Source: Dehalococcoidia bacterium
GTDB taxonomy: Bacteria > Chloroflexota > Dehalococcoidia > Dehalococcoidales > W111
Assembly: GCA_011191985.1 (NCBI GenBank)
Contig: DUEU01000071.1
Coordinates: 1,283 to 55,348, forward strand
Reading direction: 5' to 3'
DNA length: 54,066 bases
This document shows, one piece after another, positions 39,046-48,549 of the stretch. The notes below the pieces were generated by a model that ran no database searches, was not told the DNA's origin, and worked only from the letters and a program-made list of their open reading frames with translations. The translations under genes were made by a program, and so were the position numbers. Within the stretch, counting starts at the first letter, position 1. The number at the start of each line of letters is the position of its first letter.

Positions 39046-39330
39046 CTAGTCGCCTACCCGCACCCGACCCCAGATGCCGATTACTCTGGCTAGAGAATCA
39101 AGGGCAACCGTATCGGTTTCTTGAGCGGTCTGGCGGAAGCAGAGATGCATGTAGTTATTCAAGACCAACGCCCCGGTACTGTCAATAGCCGAACGTACGG
39201 CCGCTAGCTGGGTCACTATACTTTCGCAATCCCGCTCTTCGGAAACCATTTTCTGGAGACCCCGTAACTGACCCTCGATTCTCTTGAGGCGCTTTAACAC
39301 TGCTTCCCTTGATACTTCTTCCTGATTCAT
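39046..39330 (-). CDS. CsoR/RcnR family repressor, CstR-like
   Basis: RLKRIEGQLRG, DC35..TQLAAVR, C64; Tyr60 at the usual Cu-ligand His position; ATG follows GGAGG. Confidence 0.88.
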   Translation of the reverse strand: MNQEEVSREAVLKRLKRIEGQLRGLQKMVSEERDCESIVTQLAAVRSAIDSTGALVLNNYMHLCFRQTAQETDTVALDSLARVIGIWGRVRVGD

Positions 39331-39454
39331 CAAGTCCTCCGGAATACCAGCCTAGTTCATAGTATACTACAATCTAATATCGCCTGAATACAGCAGGAAA
39401 GCAGCGTGGTAATATTAGTACCGCCATGGCATCATAGAACTAACCTGGTACCGG

Positions 39455-39997
39455 TTATTTCGTCAGCACCAGGTTAGATTCCAGTCGCTCTCTAGCGATA
39501 TTCTGGGCCAGTTTCAGCAGTTTGCGCTTCTGGATGGATTTCCGGATACTTATAAGACGCCTCTTTTTTGCTCTGGCATCTTTATATATGTATTTCTGGC
39601 CCTCTTGATAACATCTTGGTGAGCAGTAGACCCTTCTGCCTTTCGGAATGGGGCGAGAGCACATTCTACATCGGCGGTTTTCCTGGTAATGGCTGATTAT
39701 CTTAGCCACTGTCTGAGGAGACCATAGAAGGCGGTGATGCTTACCCGTTTTCCACTCCACCATCGGTATTATCATACGGTCTTCATATAAGTTCACGATT
39801 TGGTGCCTAGATAGGCCCAGTAGATCACAGATTTGGGCAGTGGACATCATATTAATTTTGGTTGTTCCGTAATTCTTGAAAAGTAGTTGCCTGATTCTCT
39901 CTTTGCTCTTGCCTGTCATTTCGGCAATTTGCTGTAGAGATGCCCCAGCTTGCCGCATCCCGTATAAAGTGTCGATATTTAAAGAGGAGGTTGCCAT
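39455..39997 (-). CDS. putative DNA-binding protein (HTH-like segments plus Cys4 Zn finger)
   Basis: SLQQIAEMTGKSKERIRQ HTH, second HTH-like segment, CRMC..YCSPRC, basic tail. Confidence 0.6.
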   Translation of the reverse strand: MATSSLNIDTLYGMRQAGASLQQIAEMTGKSKERIRQLLFKNYGTTKINMMSTAQICDLLGLSRHQIVNLYEDRMIIPMVEWKTGKHHRLLWSPQTVAKIISHYQENRRCRMCSRPIPKGRRVYCSPRCYQEGQKYIYKDARAKKRRLISIRKSIQKRKLLKLAQNIARERLESNLVLTK

Positions 39998-40039
39998 GCT
40001 GAAATCTACTTAACAATGTGAAGAGCGCGCGTATTTAAC

Positions 40040-40091
40040 ATACTATACCCTAGACGGGTATAGTATATCTATTCCTGAATTACTATGTCAA
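40040..40091 (-). promoter_or_regulatory. promoter with perfect palindromic CsoR-family operator
   Basis: ATACTATACCC-TAGAC-GGGTATAGTAT (40040-40066); minus-strand TTGACA (40091-40086), N18, TATACT (40067-40062). Confidence 0.8.
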
Positions 40092-40299
40092 TACTAGCTA
40101 TCACCACATATTTATAGAATTAACTATTGGATATACGGACAAAGCGGAGTGCGCTGGCTTGACTCCTAAGCTTCGTTCAACAAAGTGTGTATAACTCTGA
40201 ATAGTACGACAAGTGGTTGTTGTTGACAATATATCATGCTGGTGGTATTCGTGTTTAAGTGGTATCATAAGTTAAAGTAACTACACTATAGGAACGAGT

Positions 40300-41712
40300 C
40301 TGAAGATTAGGCTACATTTTTTAGGTGCTTCACGTAATGTTACTGGTTCCTGTTACCTGTTAGAGGCTGATGATATCCGCGTGATTATAGATTGTGGGTT
40401 ATATCAGGAGCGTAAATATCAAGATAGGAACTGGCAACCATTCCCATTCAGCCCGGAAACAATCGATGCTGTCTTTCTAACGCATGCCCATCTCGACCAC
40501 TGTGGCCTGTTACCCAAGCTGGTGCGTGATGGCTTTAAAGGTAGGATATACTGCACGCAAGCCACAGCAGAGATAGCCCAAATTATTCTACTCGATGCGG
40601 CCCATCTTCAGGAAGAAGACGCTGCTTATAAGGCAAAACGTCACCAGCGTGAAGGTCGTCGGGGGCCGCATCCGGAGTTACCACTTTATACTGTTGAAGA
40701 TGCCGAGGCAGTCGCACCATACTTCACTGCTGTAGAATATGATAGTTGCGTAAGAATAAAAGACGGCATCGAGGGCTGTTTCTATGAGGCCGGCCATGTT
40801 CTCGGTTCAGCGACTGTTGCTATCAATACAGTCCAGGACGACAAGAAGCAGCGTATCCTTTTCTCCGGTGATATTGGCGAACCAGACCGGCCTATTATTA
40901 ATGACCCGGCCATTTTTAATGCGGCAGATTATATAGTCGTTGAATCAACCTACGGTGACCGCACCCATGCCGAGCATAAGATCACTGATATTCAATCACA
41001 ACTGCGTGATTGCATAAACGAGACAGTACAGGCAGGCGGTAACATCATCGTGCCCAGCTTCGCATTGGAACGCAGTCAGGAAATACTCTACCATTTGAAT
41101 GAACTCTTCCTGCGCAACGAAATACCGCCGATAACCGTCTTTCTGGATAGTCCGATGGCAATACGTATTACCGAAGTCTTTAAACATCATGCCGAACTCT
41201 TCGACACGGAAATGACGCGGCGTCTGCGCCAGGGAAATTCACCTTTTAGCTTTGACAACTTGAAAATGGTGCAGACTACAGAGGAGTCCAAGGCAATCAA
41301 CTCTCTTAAAGGTAGCGCTATAATCATAGCGGGTAGCGGCATGGTGAGTGGCGGACGTATTAAACATCACCTTGTGAACAACATCACCCACCCCGGGAGC
41401 ACCGTTCTTTTCGTGGGATATCAAGCGGAGGGGACGCCGGGTAGAAAACTCCTGGACGGGGCGAAGCGGATACGACTATTAGGGCGTACTCACCGCGTGC
41501 GGGCGCGCGTTGTTAAAATAGACGGCTTTTCTGCCCATGCTGATCGTGACGGGCTGTTGGCCTGGCTATCTGACATCAGAATACCACCTCGCTACGTATT
41601 TATCACCCATGGTGAAAAGAAGGCCGCCATTAGCTTTGCCCAGTTTCTGGGAGAGAAGACAGGTTGGAAAACATCTGTGCCAGAATATGGGGCAGACGTT
41701 TTACTGGAATAG
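40300..41712 (+). CDS. MBL-fold beta-CASP ribonuclease-like hydrolase
   Basis: LHFLGASRNVTGSC upstream of the track start, THAHLDH, AGHVLG, SGD, ESTYG, FSAHAD, HGE; start probably CTG 40300. Confidence 0.88.
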   Translation: MKIRLHFLGASRNVTGSCYLLEADDIRVIIDCGLYQERKYQDRNWQPFPFSPETIDAVFLTHAHLDHCGLLPKLVRDGFKGRIYCTQATAEIAQIILLDAAHLQEEDAAYKAKRHQREGRRGPHPELPLYTVEDAEAVAPYFTAVEYDSCVRIKDGIEGCFYEAGHVLGSATVAINTVQDDKKQRILFSGDIGEPDRPIINDPAIFNAADYIVVESTYGDRTHAEHKITDIQSQLRDCINETVQAGGNIIVPSFALERSQEILYHLNELFLRNEIPPITVFLDSPMAIRITEVFKHHAELFDTEMTRRLRQGNSPFSFDNLKMVQTTEESKAINSLKGSAIIIAGSGMVSGGRIKHHLVNNITHPGSTVLFVGYQAEGTPGRKLLDGAKRIRLLGRTHRVRARVVKIDGFSAHADRDGLLAWLSDIRIPPRYVFITHGEKKAAISFAQFLGEKTGWKTSVPEYGADVLLE

Positions 41713-41745
41713 CACTATTAATATTCATATCAAGGGGAGGAGAAA

Positions 41746-42429
41746 ATGCGACGAGGCTATGAAATAAACGATTTAGCCAAGGAAGAATCCTGGCGAATGT
41801 TCCGGATAATGGGCGAATTGGTAGAGGGCTTTGATAGACTTGCTGGTATAGAGCCGGCGGTTACTATATATGGTTCGGCGCGACTTCGCCCGGATGACGA
41901 GCTTTACACACAGACAGAAGAAATCGCTAATAGATTGGGGCAGGCGGGCTTCTCAATCGTAACCGGCGGTGGGCCTGGAGTGATGGAAGCAGCCAATAAG
42001 GGTGCGCTCAAAGCCGGGGTTAAATCGGTTGGCCTGAATATTGATCTACCCGAGGAGCAAGTATGTAATACCTATACTACAATGTCAATGACGTTTAATC
42101 ACTTCTTCGTTCGTAAAGTCATGCTGGTGAAGTACGCCACTGCCTTTGTCACTATACCTGGCGGATTGGGCACGCTTGATGAACTAACTGAAGTGCTAAC
42201 ACTAATACAAACCTATAAAATGATGCCCTTCCCTGTTTTGCTGGTCAATAGCCGGTACTGGCAAGGACTTATGGATTGGTTAAAGAAATCGGTCCTGGCC
42301 AAAGGGTTTATCTCTGAAGGCGACCTTAATCTACTAAGAGTATGCGATCAACCTGATGAGGTAATTGAGACTATTCAGAGGTGGTACACTAAGCGGGAGA
42401 TTGTCGGTAGAGAGGCACTACGGGGATGA
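41746..42429 (+). CDS. LOG family (TIGR00730) nucleotide 5'-monophosphate nucleosidase
   Basis: GSAR, TGGGPGVMEA, FFVRK, PGGLGTLDE. Confidence 0.92.
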   Translation: MRRGYEINDLAKEESWRMFRIMGELVEGFDRLAGIEPAVTIYGSARLRPDDELYTQTEEIANRLGQAGFSIVTGGGPGVMEAANKGALKAGVKSVGLNIDLPEEQVCNTYTTMSMTFNHFFVRKVMLVKYATAFVTIPGGLGTLDELTEVLTLIQTYKMMPFPVLLVNSRYWQGLMDWLKKSVLAKGFISEGDLNLLRVCDQPDEVIETIQRWYTKREIVGREALRG

Positions 42430-42474
42430 AGATTAGCTCCTAAAGCCAGATATCCAGTCGTAGTTGGCCGCGCA

Positions 42475-43680
42475 CTACAATTCAATTCCCATCGCTTCCG
42501 CCACCAAAGTTGAGAGGTCGCATACTTCCAGTTCCATTCCCTGTTTTCTTACCGCTTTATCCATGATATTAAAGCAAGAAGTACATGCCGTTACGATAGT
42601 GTCGGCAGCTTGCTTCCCCTCCACCAATCTTTCCTTGGTGATAGCAGTGCTAAATTCCGGATAACAGTTCGAAATTACCTTGGCCCCAGACCCACAGCAG
42701 TAAGACCACCTTCTGCTTCGCTCCATTTCAATAAGCTTAATCCCGGGTATGCTCTCCAGAACCTTTCTCGGCTCATCATAAACCTTGCCGTGTCTGCCGA
42801 GAAAACATGGGTCGTGATAGGTTACTCCTTTCTTAACCTCATGGGTGAACCGTATCTTTTTCTCATCAATGAGCTTGGCAAAAAGCTCGGCAACATGTAC
42901 TACCTCGAAAGGAAGCTCCCCCAAGATGAGCGGATAGTCGATTTTCAGGGTCTTGTAGCAGTCGGCACAGGATACAATCACCCGTTTAGCCCCGGCCTTT
43001 TTGAACGCAGCGATATTTTCAGTTGCCTGTTGTTCCAGTAACGCGGTGTTGCCATCGTGTCCGGCCACAAAACCACAGCATCTTTCCGCGTCACCCAGGC
43101 AGGCAACGTCCATGCCGGCGGTCTTTAAGACCTCGACGGTAGCTTTTATGACTTCTGGCTGCTGGAAGCGGGCCGTACAGCCAGCAAAGTAGATATTCTC
43201 CCCAGTGGTCGGGATCTCTTCAAGGGCTTTGGGTTGTCTTCTGGCACCGAATATATTACCCGATTTCTCGATGTTAGCGTGTATCCTGTCCAGAGGCTCT
43301 GGCAGTTTGGCCCCCCTCTGTACCAGTTCTTCCCGTAAAGCCCATATAGCGGTGAGCGGTTGAAATTGTCGGCAGATTTCAGAGCACATGCCACAGCTGG
43401 TGCAGGTGTAAACAACTTTTATCAGGTCATCGGTAATCGGAAAATCGTTGTCATCAAAAACAACGGCGGCCAGGTTACCCCTACCGGAGGCAGTATAAGC
43501 ACGAAAGTAGTAATACTCAAAGGAAGGGCATTTACGCTGGGGAGGTGACCATTCGGGCGGTGGCAATTCAAGCCAGTTATGGGGAATATTCGGCCCCCTA
43601 TAATAACACCCGGCACAGTGAAGACAAAAAGTCCAGCTTTCTTTGAAATCTTTCAGGTTTGTTTTCTTTAACTCTTTCAC
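42475..43680 (-). CDS. Fe-S oxidoreductase with CCG domains (GlcF/HdrD-like)
   Basis: CLHCAGC, CTSCGMCSEIC, ERCCG, YHDPCFLGR, YCCGSG. Confidence 0.88.
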   Translation of the reverse strand: MKELKKTNLKDFKESWTFCLHCAGCYYRGPNIPHNWLELPPPEWSPPQRKCPSFEYYYFRAYTASGRGNLAAVVFDDNDFPITDDLIKVVYTCTSCGMCSEICRQFQPLTAIWALREELVQRGAKLPEPLDRIHANIEKSGNIFGARRQPKALEEIPTTGENIYFAGCTARFQQPEVIKATVEVLKTAGMDVACLGDAERCCGFVAGHDGNTALLEQQATENIAAFKKAGAKRVIVSCADCYKTLKIDYPLILGELPFEVVHVAELFAKLIDEKKIRFTHEVKKGVTYHDPCFLGRHGKVYDEPRKVLESIPGIKLIEMERSRRWSYCCGSGAKVISNCYPEFSTAITKERLVEGKQAADTIVTACTSCFNIMDKAVRKQGMELEVCDLSTLVAEAMGIEL

Positions 43681-43681
43681 T

Positions 43682-45118
43682 TTACCCTTCTCCCAGTTCG
43701 AACGTTCCCGGGCTCAAGATGTTATTGGGGTCAAGAACTGCCTTGATACTTTTTAGAAGCGCAAAGGCGCTCAGCTGATTTGTCCAGACAAACTCAGGCA
43801 CCAGCGGAGGCAATCTGTATTGAAACGTCCCCCCCATTACCCCAAACCATTCTCTGAATTCACCCTGAGCCTTATGGAAACGCTCAACCATATCCGGGTC
43901 ACTATCATCAAGGGCTATCGGGATAGGTGAACATATCACCTGGGGACTCATGGTGAAGCCGTCAAAGCCGGCCGCCTGTGGCGGATCCCATAGTCCATGC
44001 TTCTGGCAAATTTCCGTTACTTTGGTATAGACGTCGGGCACTTTTGATGTGGGATAGATGAGCTCATCGACGAGATACAGGTAACGACGCAGCTTTTTGG
44101 TTGGCGTATGCGCAGACGGAGGTGGCTCAGCCATCATCAGACAAAAGTAGGTTGGCCAAATAATATGGACATTTTCAGCAATACCCGGTAGAGAGGCACC
44201 TCCGTAGGTCTGGCATATGTCTTTAACGGACTGTTCCTTGCCATTCAACTCCTGTTGGTTCTCTGCATTTACTATTACCGTGAGGGCGAAGTGACAATCA
44301 TCGGGTATCGTGAAACCCATACCTAGGAGCCACCACTTATCATAGAGGTGAGCATCAAACACCTCAATAGCTGTTACTGCCATCAGAGCCTTGGTGACAT
44401 CTTCTATCTTTTCCAGAGGCCAGCAATAAGAATGGAAAGCCCAGTGTGCTGGCCGGTGCAGACAACGATAGGCGACTTTGGTGACAATGCCGAAGGCACC
44501 GTTGGACCGGGTAAATAGCCCGACCAGGTCCGGCCCGGTTATATATCGGTAGTATGGCCCAAAATCACTGTCAGCATAGGCCATAGAGCCTACCCTTATC
44601 GTCTCACCGGAGGGGAGAACGACCTCAAAGCCTTCTACCAGGTTTATGTTTGCTCCGTACCTCGTTTCACCAAAGCCGTTGGCCGGGGTTATCGCTGAGG
44701 CCGCCACGCTCGGTCCGGGGCCGTAAGCAGCCGTAGGCAACATTAATCCATTCTTGAACAGTTCCTGGGATAGCTTGAAGAAGCTGCATCCGGCTTCGGC
44801 TACTGCCTTCATGTTGGTAGCATCAATCAAGATTATTCTATCCATGAGAGCCAAGTCGAGCAGGATGCCTCCTTTTAGAGGCCCTCCGTGCCCGGCCCCA
44901 CCAACTGCCCCCTTGGGGGTCACCGGTACCTTATACCGGTTTGCCACTTTTAATATTGCTGACACCTCCTCAGCTGTTTCCGGCATGACTACTATATCTG
45001 GCTTCCTTACGATACCTTTACCCATGAAGCAGTTAAATGCGTAGCTCAGACAAACCGCGTCAGAGGTTGAGACTCGGTCAGGGCCAACGATTTCCGCCAA
45101 ATCGCTTACAATTCCCAA
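43682..45118 (-). CDS. FAD-binding oxidoreductase (GlcD/VAO family)
   Basis: PDIVVMPETAEEV, GPDLVGLF, GAFGIVTK, LDPNNILSPG. Confidence 0.88.
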   Translation of the reverse strand: MGIVSDLAEIVGPDRVSTSDAVCLSYAFNCFMGKGIVRKPDIVVMPETAEEVSAILKVANRYKVPVTPKGAVGGAGHGGPLKGGILLDLALMDRIILIDATNMKAVAEAGCSFFKLSQELFKNGLMLPTAAYGPGPSVAASAITPANGFGETRYGANINLVEGFEVVLPSGETIRVGSMAYADSDFGPYYRYITGPDLVGLFTRSNGAFGIVTKVAYRCLHRPAHWAFHSYCWPLEKIEDVTKALMAVTAIEVFDAHLYDKWWLLGMGFTIPDDCHFALTVIVNAENQQELNGKEQSVKDICQTYGGASLPGIAENVHIIWPTYFCLMMAEPPPSAHTPTKKLRRYLYLVDELIYPTSKVPDVYTKVTEICQKHGLWDPPQAAGFDGFTMSPQVICSPIPIALDDSDPDMVERFHKAQGEFREWFGVMGGTFQYRLPPLVPEFVWTNQLSAFALLKSIKAVLDPNNILSPGTFELGEG

Positions 45119-45191
45119 AACAGCACCTCCATGATAATAGCTCTACAGGTAAAAAAGGACTGAGGAAGTATTACGGTCTTTTCCCGAAGTG

Positions 45192-46145
45192 TCATCGGTC
45201 AAGCTTAATACGTGGTGGCTTTTTTACCTTGAAGAAAGGAATATCCCAGTTGATTGTCTCCAGTGGTACTAACCTCCGAAAACGCCCCTTGGCCTCGGCG
45301 GTATCGAAAAATACCATCATCTCATTTGCCATCGGCGTTTTTTGCGGCTCAACAAGTTTGTCGTAAGGTTCCCAGTCGACTTCTATCGCCCCCCGAGGGC
45401 AGGTCTGCTCACAATGCCAGCACCAATCGCAATTTATCATGAAAAGGGGCGGCGATACCGAGAAGTCAATGGCACCCATAGGGCAAATATCAATACAATG
45501 GCTACATTTGGGATAATTACACTTCTCCATGTTGACCTTGAACCCGAAGCTCTGGGACTTATACAGTTGCCTGTTTGTTGCGCTTTCCAGTATTGGGCCT
45601 ACAGTTGGCCCATAGATTTCATCATAGTCTTTACCTCTGGGAAATGTGGGGACGAGACTTTTTTCACCCAAGGATATCCTGCGGCTGCGTATCACCATCT
45701 CGGTGCCAAAGTCCTCGGCTTCTTTGATATCAATTTCGTCAGGATGTCCATCAGTGATATATGGTTTGGGAAGAAAAGGATAATATTGGCTGCCATACCA
45801 TGAATTCCAGCCAATAACGATTAAACCTCTCTGTGTCAGCGCCGATACCACTCTCGATAGATAGTGGCCAATCATGCCAGCGTAGGTGCAAAAGACAAAT
45901 GCGTGCTTCCCATCTAGGGATTCCATGTTGTGCTCTATAAAGTGTGTTACATTGGCGAGTTCTCTAAAGTGAAACACGGGGCTACCCAGACCAATCAAAT
46001 CGTAGTTCGCTAAATCCCGCAAATTTACGTCCCGTAGTCGCACAATATCGCACTGCTCTCTCAGACGGCTCATCCCCTTGTGGATGGCATAGGCAATCCT
46101 CTTGGTGTTTCCGGTATAAGAATCGTAAATTACTATGCTTTTCAT
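45192..46145 (-). CDS. flavodoxin-ferredoxin fusion (EFR1 family)
   Basis: IYDSYTGNT flavodoxin loop, GHPD, C-terminal CSHCIDICP and CDWCWHCEQTCP; start taken at ATG 46145 (46187 possible). Confidence 0.8.
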   Translation of the reverse strand: MKSIVIYDSYTGNTKRIAYAIHKGMSRLREQCDIVRLRDVNLRDLANYDLIGLGSPVFHFRELANVTHFIEHNMESLDGKHAFVFCTYAGMIGHYLSRVVSALTQRGLIVIGWNSWYGSQYYPFLPKPYITDGHPDEIDIKEAEDFGTEMVIRSRRISLGEKSLVPTFPRGKDYDEIYGPTVGPILESATNRQLYKSQSFGFKVNMEKCNYPKCSHCIDICPMGAIDFSVSPPLFMINCDWCWHCEQTCPRGAIEVDWEPYDKLVEPQKTPMANEMMVFFDTAEAKGRFRRLVPLETINWDIPFFKVKKPPRIKLDR

Positions 46146-46231
46146 CCGCGCTACCGTCCTCTGGTTGTTATTCCTCGTCCCAACCAATTACGGTCATGCT
46201 CTTGTTGGTGATTCATCTGCAGTATTGTTTT

Positions 46232-46450
46232 TCACCATGATACCAGGAGTGGTACGTGTCTTACAGGCGATACATATATGGCATCCTCAGGGCATTCAAG
46301 TTCACAGATGTAGCAACACATACAGTCCTCAGGATATTTACAAACAGCCTTGTTACTCTCTTCATCCAGCCTTATCACATCCATGGGGCAGCTATTGATA
46401 CACAGTCTACAGCCGTTGCATAAATCAGGATTTATCCGCTCGATAGCCAT
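46232..46450 (-). CDS. 2x[4Fe-4S] ferredoxin (AprB-like)
   Basis: CNGCRLCINSCPMDVI, CMCCYICELECPEDAI; ATG 46450 follows GGAGG. Confidence 0.88.
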   Translation of the reverse strand: MAIERINPDLCNGCRLCINSCPMDVIRLDEESNKAVCKYPEDCMCCYICELECPEDAIYVSPVRHVPLLVSW

Positions 46451-46531
46451 GGTAACTACCTCCAAACAATAACAAACTATTATGTTTTCTCTGCCTATGG
46501 GTCTTCTCAACCCGCTGATATAAAAACACTG

Positions 46532-48217
46532 TTATTCCCCAAGCAGTCTTCTAGGATAGATCTCTTCGTAGGGCTTTGACAGGTCCGGCCACCACTCCTT
46601 TGGAACCGGCTCCTTCCAAAGCTTCATCTCGCCATTCTCCTCTCGTAGTTTCACCCAGGCTAGCCAAGCGGGATCATCTCTACGAGGATAATCCTCCCGG
46701 TAGTGGACACCCCGGCTCTCGGTCCTGAAAAGGGAGCACCTCAGTATCATTTCGGCATGAAGAACCATATTTTTAGTGTCATGGGCCAAACGCAGTTCGT
46801 GACTATCCTTGGCAGTCAGTTTTGGCACAAGGTGGTCATTCAGGAACCTAACTATTGTTAATGCCGCCTTTAAACGCTCCTCGTGCTTAATATAAATAAT
46901 GAAGTAAGGTACCACTGTGTTGTGCAGTATTTGTGTTACCCACCTCGGGCTGAAACCGCTATTACGTTCGACCGGGGCATATAGAATCCTCTTTGCCCTT
47001 GCCAGCTCTTCCCCGTCTATCACTGGCTTTTCTACTTGAAGAGCATACTCGGCAGCACCAATTCCAGCCCTGGTACCGGTAACCGCCGAACCGAGGAGAC
47101 CGAATCCAGGCGCGGGGTGATAAGCACCCAGGTACCTCGTGCCGCAACATTCACCGGCAGCGTAAAGTCCGGGAAGGGTAGTGGCACATTTTGTGTTAAT
47201 GGGCCATATACCTCCGGTTTGAGAGTTCTGCATCCCCACCCAAGCACCACCCGCTATTCGAAATTTCCCCCGCTTGCCCGGGTCGAAGGCTGCCCACTTG
47301 CTCTTCGGCGGAACTGAATGCTCCTGCCGCTGGCGCATTTTCTCAATATCTTCAGAAGTGGCGGTGTCAAGGTCCCAAATAATCGGGCCCCTGCCAGCAT
47401 GGACGGCAAACTCCTGAGTAAGGGCTAATTCATATTCATCGCTCAGGTCCAGCCTGTTGCCTTCGGCGTCAGTATGGTAACGCCAGAGGGGAAAGGCTTC
47501 CCCAAAGAGACTGCCACTGGGATCAACCGGTAAGGCATTTGTATCGGGAAACTCTTTGGATGTGATCTCAGCACCGGCCCGGTAGGCCATTGCCTCCCCA
47601 TCACCGGTTAGGTTGCTGATGTTACCCAGGCTCCTGAATGTGTTTACTCCGCTACTTATGACAGTGGCCTTCGCTTTGAAGACATACAGGTCGCCGGTGG
47701 TCGGCGCGAAGCCAATGGCGCCAACCACTCTCCCATCCTGCTTCAGCAGTTCAACAACCGTGATTCCATCCATGATTTCAACGCCGCTCTTCACCGCCTG
47801 CTTCCTAGAAGGTGGACCGGCTCTTGTTAGCCCCATGCGAACAACCCCGAAAGGAGGGTAGGCTTTTACAGATTTGGTACCGTCTTCACCTTCTACGAAT
47901 TCTGTTCCCCAGGACTCGAGAGCCTCATAGGTCGCCCACGAATCCTTCAAGACAATCTCAGTCCATTCACGGTTGTTGATGTATTCACCCTTTGTGTTGA
48001 TGGCATTCATGCAATCATCCAGGTTATGACCCCATTCAGGGTTGAAGACCACGTAGCCATAGCCGGCAACGAGAGTACCGCCCGAGTTACCGGCAGAAGT
48101 CTTATCGGCAATGGTTACAGCGAGCCCATGCTCTCTAGCCTTTATCGCAGCGAAACAACCAGCAATGCCGCCCCCGACAATGAGAACATCAGTCTCAACC
48201 ACATTCTCTGATGGCAT
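46532..48217 (-). CDS. FAD-dependent oxidoreductase, SdhA/FrdA/AprA/NadB family
   Basis: DVLIVGGGIAG, TGDG, PGLYAAGE, RTESRGVHYREDYP; paired with ferredoxin. Confidence 0.85.
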   Translation of the reverse strand: MPSENVVETDVLIVGGGIAGCFAAIKAREHGLAVTIADKTSAGNSGGTLVAGYGYVVFNPEWGHNLDDCMNAINTKGEYINNREWTEIVLKDSWATYEALESWGTEFVEGEDGTKSVKAYPPFGVVRMGLTRAGPPSRKQAVKSGVEIMDGITVVELLKQDGRVVGAIGFAPTTGDLYVFKAKATVISSGVNTFRSLGNISNLTGDGEAMAYRAGAEITSKEFPDTNALPVDPSGSLFGEAFPLWRYHTDAEGNRLDLSDEYELALTQEFAVHAGRGPIIWDLDTATSEDIEKMRQRQEHSVPPKSKWAAFDPGKRGKFRIAGGAWVGMQNSQTGGIWPINTKCATTLPGLYAAGECCGTRYLGAYHPAPGFGLLGSAVTGTRAGIGAAEYALQVEKPVIDGEELARAKRILYAPVERNSGFSPRWVTQILHNTVVPYFIIYIKHEERLKAALTIVRFLNDHLVPKLTAKDSHELRLAHDTKNMVLHAEMILRCSLFRTESRGVHYREDYPRRDDPAWLAWVKLREENGEMKLWKEPVPKEWWPDLSKPYEEIYPRRLLGE

Positions 48218-48549
48218 TTATCTTCCCCTCCTTCTGTTCCAAAGCATTATATAACCAAGAGACGTTTCTGGCCACTTATTATAATCCGATAGATATACAC
48301 GAATACCGGGCCAAACAACTGTTTAAAGAATCATATGCATACCTACTACATCTTGTCAATTTTTATAATTCTCTTGACAAATCTAAGAACTATGTTATCC
48401 TTTTATTATTAACAGTATTTACAGTTATTGCCAGACTCGATTATAATTATGTTTCACATTTAAGATATTGAGGGGGTAGGAGAAATGTGATGATAAAACT
48501 GCTCGTTGGTAGTTCAAAATACCTCTCTTAAGGACAAGGAGGCGTTCAG

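Noticed and set aside
46232-48217. Calling aprA/aprB (sulfate reduction)
   Set aside because: No sat, qmo or dsr context, the ferredoxin lacks the long AprB tail, and AprA-specific residues could not be confirmed.
48353-48380. TTGTCAA..TTGACAA inverted repeat as a transcription-factor operator
   Set aside because: More simply explained as back-to-back -35 boxes of divergent promoters.
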